A DNA stretch of 64,000 nt from an uncultured Gammaproteobacteria bacterium (GCA_963793595.1 CAWCBX010000176.1:42-64041); one strand, 5' to 3'; positions 1-10,591 are shown, numbered from the stretch's first letter. Notes: a model not told the origin generated them from the letters alone. Translations and numbers: made by a program.

Positions 1-268
1 GTGGTGATGGCTGAAATACTCGATTCGGCGTCGCTGTTTCTCGACGCGATGCAGGGCTCGATGATGCCGGTAGTCGTCGCCCATGGTGAAGGCCGCGTCG
101 AAACCAGGGATTGCTCCGCGGCCGGCTTGCTCGAACGCCGGCTGGCCTGTCTGCGCTATGTCGATGCCGCCGGCGAGGCGAGCGAGATTTATCCGCTCAA
201 CCCGAACGGCTCTGATCTTGGACTGAACGGCTTTAGCAACGAAGACGGACGCTTCACCATCATGAGAA
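1..268 (+). CDS. purL: Phosphoribosylformylglycinamidine synthase (PurL) C-terminal glutaminase-domain segment. The 5' end is cut by the window start, and the frame is interrupted at 268/269 by a palindromic insertion (the ORF then runs into foreign sequence and stops at 312).
   Basis: Translation HGEGR...[49 protein letters not shown] matches the conserved PurL type-1 glutamine amidotransferase C-terminus. The same peptide recurs at 1967-2108, where it continues into MMPHPERVF... Confidence 0.7.
127..268. repeat. Direct repeat copy 1 (142 bp of purL, cttgctcgaacgccggctggcc...cgcttcaccatcatga); copy 2 at 1967-2108
   Basis: Read directly: 127-268 and 1967-2108 are identical or near-identical and flank the palindrome. 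Confidence 0.85.
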
Positions 269-1966
269 ATAGAAATTTTCTTATATTGCAGGTGGAGATA
301 CAACTGTCGTAAGAGAATACAACTGTAGAATGCATACATGCGTGTCGAAAGCGGATAGGATGCGTATGTGACTAAGGCTGTAGTGCATATCGCTCTAGAA
401 ATATCTCTACATGTAGTTCATGGTTGATTTATTTGTGAACATTAACAGTCAATGCGGAGCAGAAGCTGACTGGAACAAAGCGCCAGAAAAAGCTTCCAAG
501 CGCTGTGTTCCACCTGCAGTCGAGCAGCAGGGAGCAGCAGCAGGGAGCAGCAGCAGCAAACACCAAGTCCCCGAAAAGCCAATAGGGACATCCTGGAAAT
601 CTATATAAACTGGGTAATTTATTCAAAAATACGCCCACTGCGTCTGCATTGTGTGTCGGTTGCTGCTTGGCACCTCGCACCTCGCGCGAACATGGACGTC
701 AAACTTCATCCATCTGAGACTATGAAATAGCCGGATTGGTCAGTGTTCAGTGGCTCGTTGCTTGGGTCACGGTCTCGTAGACCACGTTGACGGCGAGCGG
801 GGTGATTCCGAAGGCCCAGACGGGTGCTGAAGATGGCCTGCTTCCTGTCCAGGACCGTATAATCCACGACGGGCGCCCCGTTCTTCTCCGCCGTCCGGCA
901 GCATCCAAGTCCATTGTGTTGTCAGCTTGGCGTCCATGTTCCCCGCCTTGGCCGCGGCCATGTACTTGAGCACTCCCTGCTCGTACTCGTCGGCGTTGGT
1001 AGTGCGCGTGATGAAAGGAACCGGGCCGTGCCTCAGCAGCGCGCCCACTGCGACGACGGGAAGTACCCGTACGACGCAGTGGGCGCGCTGCTGAGGCACG
1101 GCCCGGTTCCTTTTATTACGCGCATGACCAACGCTCGACGAGTACGAGCAGGGAGCGCTGAAGTACACGGCCGCGGCCAAGGTTTCGAGGTCGAGGCGTG
1201 GGGAACATGGACGCCAAGCCTCAACAACGCGATGGACTGGATGTACCAGAAGCAGGCGGAGAAGGACGGGGCGCCCGTTCGTGGACGTCATATGGTCCTG
1301 GACAGGAAGCAGGCCACTGACCACCGTCTGGCCTTCGGAATCAACCCGCTCGCTGTCAACGTCGTCGACGAGACCGTGACCCAAGCAATGATGCCACTGA
1401 ACACGACGAGTCCGGCTATTACATAGTATCAGATGAAGTAAACTGATGTCGACATGTTCGCGCGAGGTGCGAGGTGCGAAGCAGGGGTGACACGCAATGC
1501 GGACGCAGTGGGCGTATTTTTGAATAAATTACCCAGTTTATATAGATTTCCAGGATGTCCCTATTGGCTTTTCGGGGACTTGGTGTTTGCTGCTGCTGCT
1601 CCCTGCTGCTGCTCCCTGCTGCTCGACTGCAGGTGGAACACAGCGCTTGGAGAGTTTTTTTTCTGGCGCTTTGTCGATTCCAGTCAGCTTCTGCTCCGCA
1701 TTGACTGTTAATGTTCACAAATAAATCAACCATGAACTACATGTAGAGATATTTCTAGAGCGATATGCACTAGCCTTAGTCACATACGCATCCTATCCGC
1801 TTTCGACACGCATGTATGCATTCTACAGTTGTATTCTCTTACGACAGTTGTATATTCCCACCTGCAATCTGGGAAAACTTCTATTTCTCATGATGGTGAA
1901 GCGTCCGTCTTCGTTGCTAAAGCCGTTCAGTCCAAGATCAGAGCCGTTCGGGTTGAGCGGATAATC
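188..1966. repeat. Large imperfect palindrome, ~1.78 kb, with two ~890-bp inverted arms meeting near 1068. Outer 80 bp of each arm is purL sequence (188-268, and its reverse complement 1886-1966). The inner ~800 bp (269-1068 / 1068-1868) is non-purL sequence with a (gcagcagggagcagca)x2 microsatellite in each arm.
   Basis: Reverse complement of 1068-1966 aligns to 188-1068. Long perfectly identical tracts (e.g. 312-480 vs 1660-1828; 500-640 region) are interrupted by clusters of substitutions and indels. The centre is a perfect IR: ggaaccgggccgtgcctcagcagcgcgcccactgcg...cgcagtgggcgcgctgctgaggcacggcccggttcc. Confidence 0.8.
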
Positions 1967-2108
1967 TTGCTCGAACGCCGGCTGGCCTGTCTGCGCTATG
2001 TCGATGCCGCCGGCGAGGCGAGCGAGATTTATCCGCTCAACCCGAACGGCTCTGATCTTGGACTGAACGGCTTTAGCAACGAAGACGGACGCTTCACCAT
2101 CATGATGC
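1967..2108. repeat. Direct repeat copy 2 of the purL 127-268 segment
   Basis: Identical to 127-268 and continues into the authentic purL 3' end. Confidence 0.85.
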
Positions 2109-2227
2109 CGCATCCGGAACGTGTTTTTCGCAGTGTGCAGAATTCGTGGTCCACTCCGGAGTGGGGCGAATACGGCCCGTGGATGCGCATGTTCCGTAAT
2201 GCGCGTCGCTGGATCGACCAGGCGTGA
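1967..2227 (+). CDS. purL: PurL 3' terminal segment resuming after the insertion (…[46 protein letters not shown])
   Basis: Conserved PurL C-terminal motif MMPHPER and tail; stop TGA at 2225-2227 overlaps the start of the next gene. Confidence 0.75.
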   Translation: MLERRLACLRYVDAAGEASEIYPLNPNGSDLGLNGFSNEDGRFTIMMPHPERVFRSVQNSWSTPEWGEYGPWMRMFRNARRWIDQA

Positions 2228-3315
2228 CCATCAAGCCCAAACCGATAGTTGCCGCCATGGCAGCTTACGCACTGCCGGATATCAGTGCCGCCGAAGGTCT
2301 CGAACCGATTGTACTGGCGCAGAACGAACATGCCTGGCCGCCCTCGCAGCAAGTGCGGGACGCTGTCGGGGCGGCGCTCGACAGGGCGCAGCTTTACCCG
2401 GACGGCGAATGCAAGGAGCTGTGTGCGGCCATTGCCGATGTGCACAAGCTGAATCCCGACAACATTGTATGCGGCTCCGGCTCGATGGAACTGATGTCGG
2501 GCCTGATGCAGGCCTATATGTCGAACGGCGATCGCATGTTGATGTGCGAGTACGGTTACCTGTTTATGCGGACACTCGCTAAACTGGCCGGCGCCACTGT
2601 CGACGTCGCGGCGGAGCCCGCATACCGTGTCGATGTCGATACCTTGCTGGCAGAACTGAGACCGGAAACCAGGCTCGTCTTTGTCGTCAATCCGGGGAAC
2701 CCCTGTGGGAGCGTTATTCACAATGACGAAATCAGGCGCTTACGCGCAGGCCTGCCGGATGACGTGCTACTGCTGGTAGACGAAGCCTACGCTGAATTTG
2801 TCGACGAGGGCTTCCACCCGCCAATTTTTGACCTGGTTGATCTTGGCAACACGGTAGTCACGCGTACCTTTTCCAAGATCTACGGCCTCGCCGGGCTGCG
2901 CGTGGGTTGGGGTTACTTGCCGGATGATGTGCGCGATCAGCTGCGCAAGGTGTTGAACCCCGGCAGCGTTTCCGTGCTATCGCAGGTCGCCGCGCAGGCG
3001 GCGATGCAAGACCAGCAAACCGCACATATCGCGCGTCGGAAAATAGCCGAGCAGCGTGATTACCTGTCGGCACAAATCAGTCAACTGGGGCTAAACGTCG
3101 TACCCAGTCAAACCAATTTTATCCTGGTCGATTTTGTCACACAGGAAGCCGCGGTATCGGCATTTGAGTTTTTGCGCAACCACGCACTGGTGGTGAGGCC
3201 GATGGGTGGTTACGGTTTACCCACCTGCCTGCGGATTACGATTGGCACCGGCGAACAAATGCAAATGACGGCGCACACGCTGGCTGACTGGCGGCAGATT
3301 CATGCGCAGCTTTGA
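2224..3315 (+). CDS. Class I/II PLP aminotransferase, histidinol-phosphate aminotransferase (HisC) family
   Basis: 363 aa. Motif [19 protein letters not shown] (PLP-lysine region typical of HisC-like enzymes); N-terminal substrate-binding region. GTG start overlaps the purL stop. Confidence 0.75.
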   Translation: MTIKPKPIVAAMAAYALPDISAAEGLEPIVLAQNEHAWPPSQQVRDAVGAALDRAQLYPDGECKELCAAIADVHKLNPDNIVCGSGSMELMSGLMQAYMSNGDRMLMCEYGYLFMRTLAKLAGATVDVAAEPAYRVDVDTLLAELRPETRLVFVVNPGNPCGSVIHNDEIRRLRAGLPDDVLLLVDEAYAEFVDEGFHPPIFDLVDLGNTVVTRTFSKIYGLAGLRVGWGYLPDDVRDQLRKVLNPGSVSVLSQVAAQAAMQDQQTAHIARRKIAEQRDYLSAQISQLGLNVVPSQTNFILVDFVTQEAAVSAFEFLRNHALVVRPMGGYGLPTCLRITIGTGEQMQMTAHTLADWRQIHAQL

Positions 3316-4072
3316 GCTGGGCGACGTCACGCTGGCGGATACCCGCGCGCGGCGAATCGGCATGATCGTACCGGCATCGAACACGAATGCCGAACCGGAT
3401 TGTCTGCTACTGGCGCCGCCCGGTGTCACCATTCACACCACGCGCAGCGGCGGCTACGATGTCGCGGCAATCCCGGATTCCGATGAAATGCGCCGCTTTG
3501 CGCGCCAGGCGCTTGACCAGCAATTGCAATTACTGGTCGATGGGCGCGTCGAACTGATTGCCTATGCCTGTACTTCGGCCACGCTGGCAGACGGGCCTGG
3601 ATTTGATCAGGCGTTTTGCGACGAAATAACCAGCAAATCAGGGCTGCCGGCGGTGACGACGGCGGGTGCCCTGATCGAAGCGATGCGGGACCTTGGCGCA
3701 CAACGCGTCGCGTTTACTTCACCTTATGTGCAGCAACTGGCCGCCGAGGCGGTCGATTTTATCGAGCAATGCGGAATCGAGGTAGTCAATCAGCTTGGCT
3801 TCGACCAGGCACTTAGCAGCCTCGAGCAAAACGCGTTAACTCCGCAAGATGCTTACCAGATGGGATTAAAAGCGGATCATCCGCAAGCCGAACTGCTGCT
3901 TGTCTCATGCACCGATTACCGCGCCCTGGAAGCGGTTCCAGCGCTTGAACAGGCGCTGGGCAAACCAGTCGTTACGAGTAACTCGGCATTGATGTATGCC
4001 TGTCTCAAACGACTCGAGATCGATATGAGCAGTATCGAGGCCGGTGGCTTTCTGTTTACCCGCCGGAACTAG
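3302..4072 (+). CDS. Asp/Glu/hydantoin racemase superfamily protein (maleate cis-trans isomerase / arylmalonate decarboxylase-like)
   Basis: 256 aa. N-terminal IGMIVPASNTN...C and a second half-site pattern typical of this two-cysteine racemase/isomerase fold. Overlaps the upstream aminotransferase by 14 nt (operon). Confidence 0.6.
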   Translation: MRSFELGDVTLADTRARRIGMIVPASNTNAEPDCLLLAPPGVTIHTTRSGGYDVAAIPDSDEMRRFARQALDQQLQLLVDGRVELIAYACTSATLADGPGFDQAFCDEITSKSGLPAVTTAGALIEAMRDLGAQRVAFTSPYVQQLAAEAVDFIEQCGIEVVNQLGFDQALSSLEQNALTPQDAYQMGLKADHPQAELLLVSCTDYRALEAVPALEQALGKPVVTSNSALMYACLKRLEIDMSSIEAGGFLFTRRN

Positions 4073-4119
4073 TTGTGGATATCGGGGTCTAGGATTAATT
4101 CGAAATTTAAGGGCTGACG

Positions 4120-5061
4120 ATGATTAAAATCAAGAAAAGCTGGGAAATCCCGGAATCCGAGGTAACGCCTGAACCTTTATACCTGCGGCGTCGTGAATTT
4201 ATCAAGACGGGCGGGTTGATCGGCGGTGCACTGCTATTAAACCCGCTGGCGGCCGCGCAAGCCTCGATCGCGATTGGCGACTACCAGAAAGAAGCGGTAT
4301 CGCTGGACGAGGAAATTACCGAAGAAAATGACGCCACCAGCTATAACAACTTTTACGAATTCGGCACCGGCAAGGAAGATCCCAAGCAAAATTCAAAGCG
4401 CTTTCAAACCGATGACTGGAAAATAGTAGTCAGTGGCGAATGCGAGAAACCGGGTACCTACGGTCTCGAAGACCTGGTCAAACCATTCCCCATCGAGGAG
4501 CGTATTTATCGTTTGCGTTGTGTCGAAGCCTGGTCGATGGTAATTCCGTGGCTGGGCATCCCGTTGGGATCAATTTTGAGTAGCATGCAACCAACATCGA
4601 AAGCAAAGTACGTGGCCTTCAGAACCCTGCATGACCCGGTACGCATGCCCGGGCAGCAACGCTCGGTATTGAACTGGCCCTATCGCGAAGGCCTGACCAT
4701 TGCCGAGGCAATGCATCCACTGACGATTTTATCGGTTGGCATGTACGGCAAAACCATGCCCAACCAGAACGGAGCGCCGATTCGGCTGGTGGTGCCATGG
4801 AAGTATGGCTTCAAAAGCATCAAGTCGATTGTCGGTATCGAGTTTACCGAGCAACAGCCGCAGACCTCCTGGAATATGGCCTCTGCGCGAGAGTATGGTT
4901 TTTATTCAAACGTCAATCCCGAAGTCGACCATCCGCGCTGGTCGCAAAAACGCGAGCGCCGTATCGGCGAAATCTTCAAACGCGATACGCTCATGTTTAA
5001 TGGCTATGGGGAAGAAGTCGCCGCGCTCTACGACGACCTGGATCTGACCGCCAATTTCTAA
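4120..5061 (+). CDS. msrP: Protein-methionine-sulfoxide reductase catalytic subunit MsrP (YedY), Mo-cofactor, Tat signal
   Basis: Twin-arginine motif RRREFIK. Near-colinear similarity to E. coli MsrP (YNNFYEFG, ERIYRLRCVEAWSMVIPW, NGAPIRLVVPWKYGFKSIKSIV, DHPRWSQ). Confidence 0.85.
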   Translation: MIKIKKSWEIPESEVTPEPLYLRRREFIKTGGLIGGALLLNPLAAAQASIAIGDYQKEAVSLDEEITEENDATSYNNFYEFGTGKEDPKQNSKRFQTDDWKIVVSGECEKPGTYGLEDLVKPFPIEERIYRLRCVEAWSMVIPWLGIPLGSILSSMQPTSKAKYVAFRTLHDPVRMPGQQRSVLNWPYREGLTIAEAMHPLTILSVGMYGKTMPNQNGAPIRLVVPWKYGFKSIKSIVGIEFTEQQPQTSWNMASAREYGFYSNVNPEVDHPRWSQKRERRIGEIFKRDTLMFNGYGEEVAALYDDLDLTANF

Positions 5062-5062
5062 T

Positions 5063-5683
5063 ATGTCGGTCTCCGCGGCACTCAAGTCCGCCTATGCCAA
5101 ACCAGTTGCGCATCTGCTTTGCCTGCTGCCGTTGATGGTTCTGCTGTGGGCGGCGTTTGATGACGGCCTGGGCGCTAATCCGGTGGAAACACTGACCCAT
5201 GAGACCGGCGAATGGACGCTGCGATTCCTGCTGATTACGCTGAGTATGACCCCGCTACGGCAGTGGACCGGGCTGACATCATGGATACGTTTTCGCCGCC
5301 TGCTCGGGTTGTATGCATTTTTCTATGTCTGTTGCCATTTCATGATCTGGTTTATCGCCGACCATTCGCTCGATGTCGTCGCCATGGTCGAAGATATTAT
5401 CAAGCGTCCATATATAACCCTTGGCTTCAGCGCACTGCTGTTAATGCTGCCGTTGGCGATCACCTCCAATCAGGCGATGATCAGGCGTCTCGGCAAGAAA
5501 TGGAAAAGCCTGCATCAGCTGGTCTACCTGGTCCTGTCGCTTGGGGTGCTGCATTTCATGTGGTTGGTGAAGGCCGACTATCTCGAACCGATAATTTATG
5601 CGATTATCGCAGTTGTATTGTTGCTGCACCGGGCTGGCCCGATGAAGCGCTTCAGCCTGAGATCTTCCCCGGCCGCACGTTAA
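5063..5683 (+). CDS. msrQ: MsrQ (YedZ) heme-binding membrane subunit
   Basis: 206 aa polytopic membrane protein immediately downstream of msrP; matches YedZ pattern (RRLLGLYAFFY..., ITLGF..LLLMLPLAITSNQAM.RRLGKKW..LH.LVY). Confidence 0.8.
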   Translation: MSVSAALKSAYAKPVAHLLCLLPLMVLLWAAFDDGLGANPVETLTHETGEWTLRFLLITLSMTPLRQWTGLTSWIRFRRLLGLYAFFYVCCHFMIWFIADHSLDVVAMVEDIIKRPYITLGFSALLLMLPLAITSNQAMIRRLGKKWKSLHQLVYLVLSLGVLHFMWLVKADYLEPIIYAIIAVVLLLHRAGPMKRFSLRSSPAAR

Positions 5684-5722
5684 GCCGGTAAAAGATAGCT
5701 GGCATCAAACGACTGGAAGTAT

Positions 5723-6733
5723 ATGAAAGTACTGGTTACCGGGGCTGCGGGTTTTATTGGTCAGGCACTTACGCATAGCCTGTGCCAGCGTGGTGACGAG
5801 GTCGTCGGCATAGACAATCTGAATCATTACTACGATGTCGGTCTGAAACAGGCGCGCCTGCAGCAACTCGAAATCTTTACAAACTTCCGCTTCGTCAATA
5901 TGGATTTGGCGGACCAGGTTGCGCTGGATGGGTTGTTCAGGGAATCCCGTTTCGATCGCGTGCTAAATATGGCGGCGCAGGCCGGGGTGCGTTATTCACT
6001 CGAAAATCCGCGCGCATACATCGACAGCAACCTGGTCGGCTTCGGCAATCTGCTCGAGTGCTGCCGACACCATGATATCGAACACCTGGTCTACGCATCG
6101 TCGAGTTCGGTTTACGGTGCCAATCAGAGCATGCCGTTCAGCACCGCGGATAACGTCGATCACCCGATTTCGCTTTACGCGGCTACCAAGAAGGCTAACG
6201 AATTGATGGCTCACAGTTATAGCCATCTTTACCGGATACCAACTACCGGACTGCGTTTTTTCACCGTTTATGGACCCTGGGGACGGCCCGATATGTCGCC
6301 CATCCTGTTTGCCGACGCGATTACGCAGGGTAAGCCGATCCAGGTCTTTAACCAGGGGCGGCACAAACGGGATTTTACCTATATCGATGATATCGTCGAC
6401 GGGGTGATAAGATGCCTGGACAGGATTCCGGCAGGAAATCCGCAATGGTCTGGAATGAACCCGGACCCGGCAAGCAGCAATGCGCCCTGGCAGATTTATA
6501 ACATCGCTCGTGGTGAACCGGTCGAGCTTTTGCATTATATTGAATTAATGGAGCAGGCCCTGGGTAAGACAACCAGCAAGGAGTTACTGCCAGCCCAGCC
6601 CGGGGATGTCGAAGCAACCTATGCCGACATCGATACGCTGGTCGCCGACACCGGATATACCCCGAAAATTTCTATTCAACAGGGTTTAGATCAATTTGTC
6701 GGCTGGTATATGGATTATTACGCGAAAAAATAA
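5723..6733 (+). CDS. NAD-dependent sugar-nucleotide epimerase (UDP-glucuronate 4-epimerase-like, SDR extended family)
   Basis: N-terminal Rossmann VLVTGAAGFIGQ, catalytic YAATKKANE (YxxxK). Confidence 0.75.
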   Translation: MKVLVTGAAGFIGQALTHSLCQRGDEVVGIDNLNHYYDVGLKQARLQQLEIFTNFRFVNMDLADQVALDGLFRESRFDRVLNMAAQAGVRYSLENPRAYIDSNLVGFGNLLECCRHHDIEHLVYASSSSVYGANQSMPFSTADNVDHPISLYAATKKANELMAHSYSHLYRIPTTGLRFFTVYGPWGRPDMSPILFADAITQGKPIQVFNQGRHKRDFTYIDDIVDGVIRCLDRIPAGNPQWSGMNPDPASSNAPWQIYNIARGEPVELLHYIELMEQALGKTTSKELLPAQPGDVEATYADIDTLVADTGYTPKISIQQGLDQFVGWYMDYYAKK

Positions 6734-6814
6734 CATATAATCGAAATTAAAATGCCCGCCAGAGGCCTTTAACCGGGAGAGTTTCTCATCGTTGACAACA
6801 CGCAACAGTCAGCC

Positions 6815-8687
6815 TTGCTAGAGGTTAACAATCTTGCTGTAGACTTTTTACTGCAGGGTAGCCCAGTGCCGGCGTTAATCGATGTTTCCTTTGCCGTCAA
6901 ACCAGGTGAGACGGTGGCCCTGGTCGGTGAGTCGGGTTCTGGTAAGTCGGTCACTTCGCAGGCGATCATGGGAATCCTGCCAGCCAATGCAAAAATTCGT
7001 GCCGGCGAGATCTGGTTCAACAACCCTGAAAGTGGCCAGTTGCTTGATATCGCCGCGCTAGATCCCGATAGCGCGCAAATACGCCAGATACGTGGCGGCG
7101 CCATATCCATCATATTTCAGGAGCCAATGACTTCGTTGTCGCCGGTGCATACCATTGGTGATCAAATCAGCGAAGCGCTGTTCCTGCACCGCGACGCCAG
7201 CCGACAGGAAGGTCTGAAACTGACCGAGACAATGTTGCAACATGTCGGTTTTGCGAACCCCTGCCCGGGCCATGAACATGTATCCGTTCGAATTGTCCGG
7301 TGGATTGCGTCAGCGCGCGATGATTGCGATGGCGATGATTTGCCATCCATCGCTGATGATAGCCGATGAACCGACCACCGCGCTCGATGTAACTATCCAG
7401 GTACGCATCCTCAAATTGATCAGGGAATTGCAGGCTGAGCTCGGCATGGCGATGTTGTTGATTACACATGACCTCGGTGTCGTCGCCAATATGGCAGACC
7501 AGGTGGTGGTGATGTATCACGGCAGGGTTATGGAAGCAGGCCCGTTGCGGGAGCTGTTCAGTAATCCACAGCATGATTATCTCAAGGCGCTGATGCATGC
7601 GGTGCCCCGATTCGATCTGAAACCGGGTGAGCGGCTGGTCCCGGTACGCGAAATTCACTCCGAAACTGGCGCCTTGATCAGGAAAGCCCCACTCGATCAG
7701 GAGCTTGTTTCCAGCGAGCCTCTGTTGAAGGTGAGTGATCTCAGCAAAACCTATCGCCTGCATGGCGGTGGCTGGATCAAGTCTGAATCACAGGACTTGC
7801 TGGCGGTTGACAGCGTGTCGTTCGAGGTCGAGCGTGGTGAGTGTTTTGGCCTGGTCGGTGAGAGCGGTTGTGGCAAGACAACCCTGAGCAAGATCATCAT
7901 GCGCGCGATTACCCCGGACCAGGGTGAGATTACCTACCATGATGGTAGCCAGGCCATCGATGTGCGCGCGCTGCAGGGCGATGACCTGCTTGCTTTCAGG
8001 CGCAAGATGCAGTTTATTTTTCAGGATCCCTATAGCGCGTTGAATCCGCGCATGACGGTGTTTGACATCCTGCGCGAACCGCTAGTCGTGCACGACCTTG
8101 GTGACATGGATTATCAACGCGAAATGGCGACCGAACTGATGCGACTGGTCGGGCTCGACCCACGTTTTTTAAGCCGATATCCGCACAGTTTTTCCGGTGG
8201 CCAGCGCCAACGTATTGGCATCGCGCGCGCCCTTGCGCTGCAACCCGACCTGATTATCTGTGATGAGCCGGTATCGGCACTGGATGTATCGATCCAGGCC
8301 CAGGTGTTGAATCTGTTGAAGGATTTGCAGCAGGAACTCGGGCTTACAGTCGTTTTTATTTCCCATAATCTCGCGGTAATCCACTATATCGCTAATCGTA
8401 TAGCGGTTATGTGCGCAGGGCGTATCGTTGAACTCGCACCGCGCGATAAACTGTTCGAGAACCCGGTTCACCCTTATACCCAGGCACTGTTATCGGCGGT
8501 GCCACACCCGGAACTTTCGCAACCATTGAGTTTCGAGGCGATTACCGAGGGCGCCGCTTCCGATCCGTCCCGGTGGCAATTTCCGTTTACCATCGATGGT
8601 AGCGTGGCAACCGAATTAATGGGTCTCGGTGGTGGTCATTTCGTCAGGGTCACGGCGGGTTCCAGACCAGCCGATGTTGCGGCATGA
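6815..8687 (+). CDS. Fused two-domain ABC ATPase of a peptide/opine-type importer (YejF/DppDF-like). The first NBD is frameshifted (+1) near 7262-7272.
   Basis: ORFs 6815-7369 and 7242-8687 are two frames of one gene. Walker A GESGSGKS then, in the other frame, [12 protein letters not shown], Walker [13 protein letters not shown]. Second NBD has [28 protein letters not shown]. Deleting one base in aaccccTgcccgggcc restores [18 protein letters not shown]. Confidence 0.7.
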
Positions 8688-10591
8688 AAATGCCCTACAA
8701 GGCCATAGCGTTAGGCGCATTCCTGTTACAGATCAGTGCTGTAAATGCATTAGACGGGTTGGTTGAAACGCCTTCACTCACTGCCCAGGTTCAATCCGGT
8801 GAGCTACCGCCGGTTGAGAATAGACTCCCGCGGGAACCGCAACTGGCCCAGTTGCGTCCGGACCAAACTGCAGGCATGCACGGCGGCGAACTGCGCCTTT
8901 TGATGGGAAAACAAAAGGACATACGGCAAATCGTAATTTACGGTTATGCCCGGCTGGTGGGTTACACGCCCGAACTGGATCTCAAGGCAGATATCCTGGA
9001 AAGTTACGAAGCGTTCGAAAATCGAGTCTTTACGCTGCATTTGCGTGAGGGGCATAAATGGTCTGATGGCCACCCCTTCACCAGCGAGGATTTCCGCTAC
9101 TACTGGGAAGATATCGCCAATAACCCGGAACTGTCCAAGGGCGGGCCCGACAAACTATTCATCATCGATGGCGAATTACCGAAGGTCGAGTACCTCGATA
9201 AGTACACCGTAAGATACAGCTGGTCCAGGCCGAATCCGTATTTCCTGCCGGCGCTCGCTGGTGCGCGGCCACTGTATATTTACAAGCCGGCGCATTACCT
9301 GCGCCAGTTTCACGCACGTTATCAAAGCGAAGAAGTGTTGCAGCAGATGATGGATGAGGCTGGCAAACGCAAGTGGACAGGGGTTCATGTCAACAAGGAC
9401 CGTCCTTACAAGGCGACCAATCCGGATCTGCCAACGCTGCAACCCTGGGTCAATTCTACCTATCCGCCTGCGGAGAGATTTATCTTCAAGCGTAACCCTT
9501 TTTACCATCGCATGGACCAGAACGGTCGCCAGTTACCTTATATCGATTCGATTGCGATCAATATTGCATCGAGCAAGCTGGTGCCGGCCAAAACCGGAGC
9601 TTACGAGTCGGATCTGCAGGCGCGTTATTTGCGTATGGATAATTACACGTTTTTAAAATCCAGTGCGAAGCGAAATGATTTTGATGTGCGCCTGTGGCAG
9701 ACCGGCAAAGGTGCACATGTTGCCCTGTATCCGAATCTGAACACCAATGATCCCGCATACCGCGAGCTGATGCGTGATGTGCGCTTTCGGCGAGCGTTGT
9801 CGCTAGCGATCCACCGTTTTGAAATCAATCAGGTGGTTTATTTCCGGCTGGTTCAGGAGAGCAATAATACGGTTCTCGCTGAAGATAAGCTGTATAAGCC
9901 GGAGTACCAGTTTGACGGTATCGAATTCGATCTTGAGCATGCCAACCAGTTGCTCGATGAATTAGGCCTCACCCAACGCGATGATCGTGGTGTGCGCCTG
10001 TTGCCTGACGGGCGTCCGCTTGAAATTCTGATTCAGACTGCCGGTGAAAGCACCGAGCAGACCGATATACTGGAACTGATACACGATAGCTGGCTCGATG
10101 CCGGAATCAAGCTGTATAGCGTACCGTCGACGCGCGAAGTATTTCGTAACCGGATATTTTCCGGTGATGCCATCATGTCGATCTGGTCGGGACTGGAAAA
10201 CGGGATGCCGACCCCGGAGAACAGTCCCAGCGATCTGGCACCCACTACGAAGTACCAGTACCAGTGGCCGCAATGGGGCGCCTACTACGAATCGAGTGGA
10301 AAAAGCGGCGAGGCGCCGGAATTACCCGCGGCCCGGGAGCTTGTCGTTTTGAATGACCAATGGGCCCGTGCCAGAACGCGTGAAGAGCGCATTGCAATCT
10401 GGCATCAGATGCTCGATATCAACCGTGAACAGATGTTCACCATCGGTATCGTCAATCATGTACCGCATCCAGTGGTAGTCAGTAATCAATTGTACAACGT
10501 CCCGGCAAAAGGTTTTTACGATATTTCTCCGGGATCGTACTTTGGCATTTACAAGCCGGATACCTTCTGGTTCGACGAGACGAGGCGCTAA
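8684..10591 (+). CDS. ABC transporter substrate-binding protein, family 5 (oligopeptide/YejA-like)
   Basis: 635 aa with signal peptide; SBP_bac_5 length and pattern. Start overlaps the ATPase stop (ATGA). Confidence 0.8.
   Translation: MKMPYKAIALGAFLLQISAVNALDGLVETPSLTAQVQSGELPPVENRLPREPQLAQLRPDQTAGMHGGELRLLMGKQKDIRQIVIYGYARLVGYTPELDLKADILESYEAFENRVFTLHLREGHKWSDGHPFTSEDFRYYWEDIANNPELSKGGPDKLFIIDGELPKVEYLDKYTVRYSWSRPNPYFLPALAGARPLYIYKPAHYLRQFHARYQSEEVLQQMMDEAGKRKWTGVHVNKDRPYKATNPDLPTLQPWVNSTYPPAERFIFKRNPFYHRMDQNGRQLPYIDSIAINIASSKLVPAKTGAYESDLQARYLRMDNYTFLKSSAKRNDFDVRLWQTGKGAHVALYPNLNTNDPAYRELMRDVRFRRALSLAIHRFEINQVVYFRLVQESNNTVLAEDKLYKPEYQFDGIEFDLEHANQLLDELGLTQRDDRGVRLLPDGRPLEILIQTAGESTEQTDILELIHDSWLDAGIKLYSVPSTREVFRNRIFSGDAIMSIWSGLENGMPTPENSPSDLAPTTKYQYQWPQWGAYYESSGKSGEAPELPAARELVVLNDQWARARTREERIAIWHQMLDINREQMFTIGIVNHVPHPVVVSNQLYNVPAKGFYDISPGSYFGIYKPDTFWFDETRR

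Noticed and set aside
420-680. Small ORFs on both strands in the outer palindrome arms (e.g. 420-608, 429-680, mirrored at 1419-1733 / 1454-1711)
   Set aside because: They are mirror duplicates produced by the inverted repeat, low-complexity (poly-Ala/Ser/Cys from the gcagca microsatellite), with no start context or homology.
767-1426. Two long overlapping antisense ORFs (205 aa on the minus strand, 170 aa on the plus strand) inside the palindrome
   Set aside because: They are reflections of the same inverted-repeat DNA read in different frames. The shared peptide stretches (RNRAVPQQRAHC, VGALLRHGPVPFITR) arise from the symmetry. The frame is not conserved between arms and no family similarity was recognised.
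6815-7369. A stand-alone 184-aa ABC ATPase fragment
   Set aside because: It is the N-terminal part of the fused yejF-like gene separated by a 1-nt frameshift, not an independent gene.
7167-7763. 198-aa antisense ORF inside the ABC ATPase gene. The same class applies to 44667-45215, 45438-45869, 55693-56439, 29799-30275, 30330-30803, 24823-25320 and 16978-17343.
   Set aside because: These lie entirely antisense within well-supported conserved genes. They are His/Arg/Gly-rich translations typical of GC-rich antisense frames, with no motifs.
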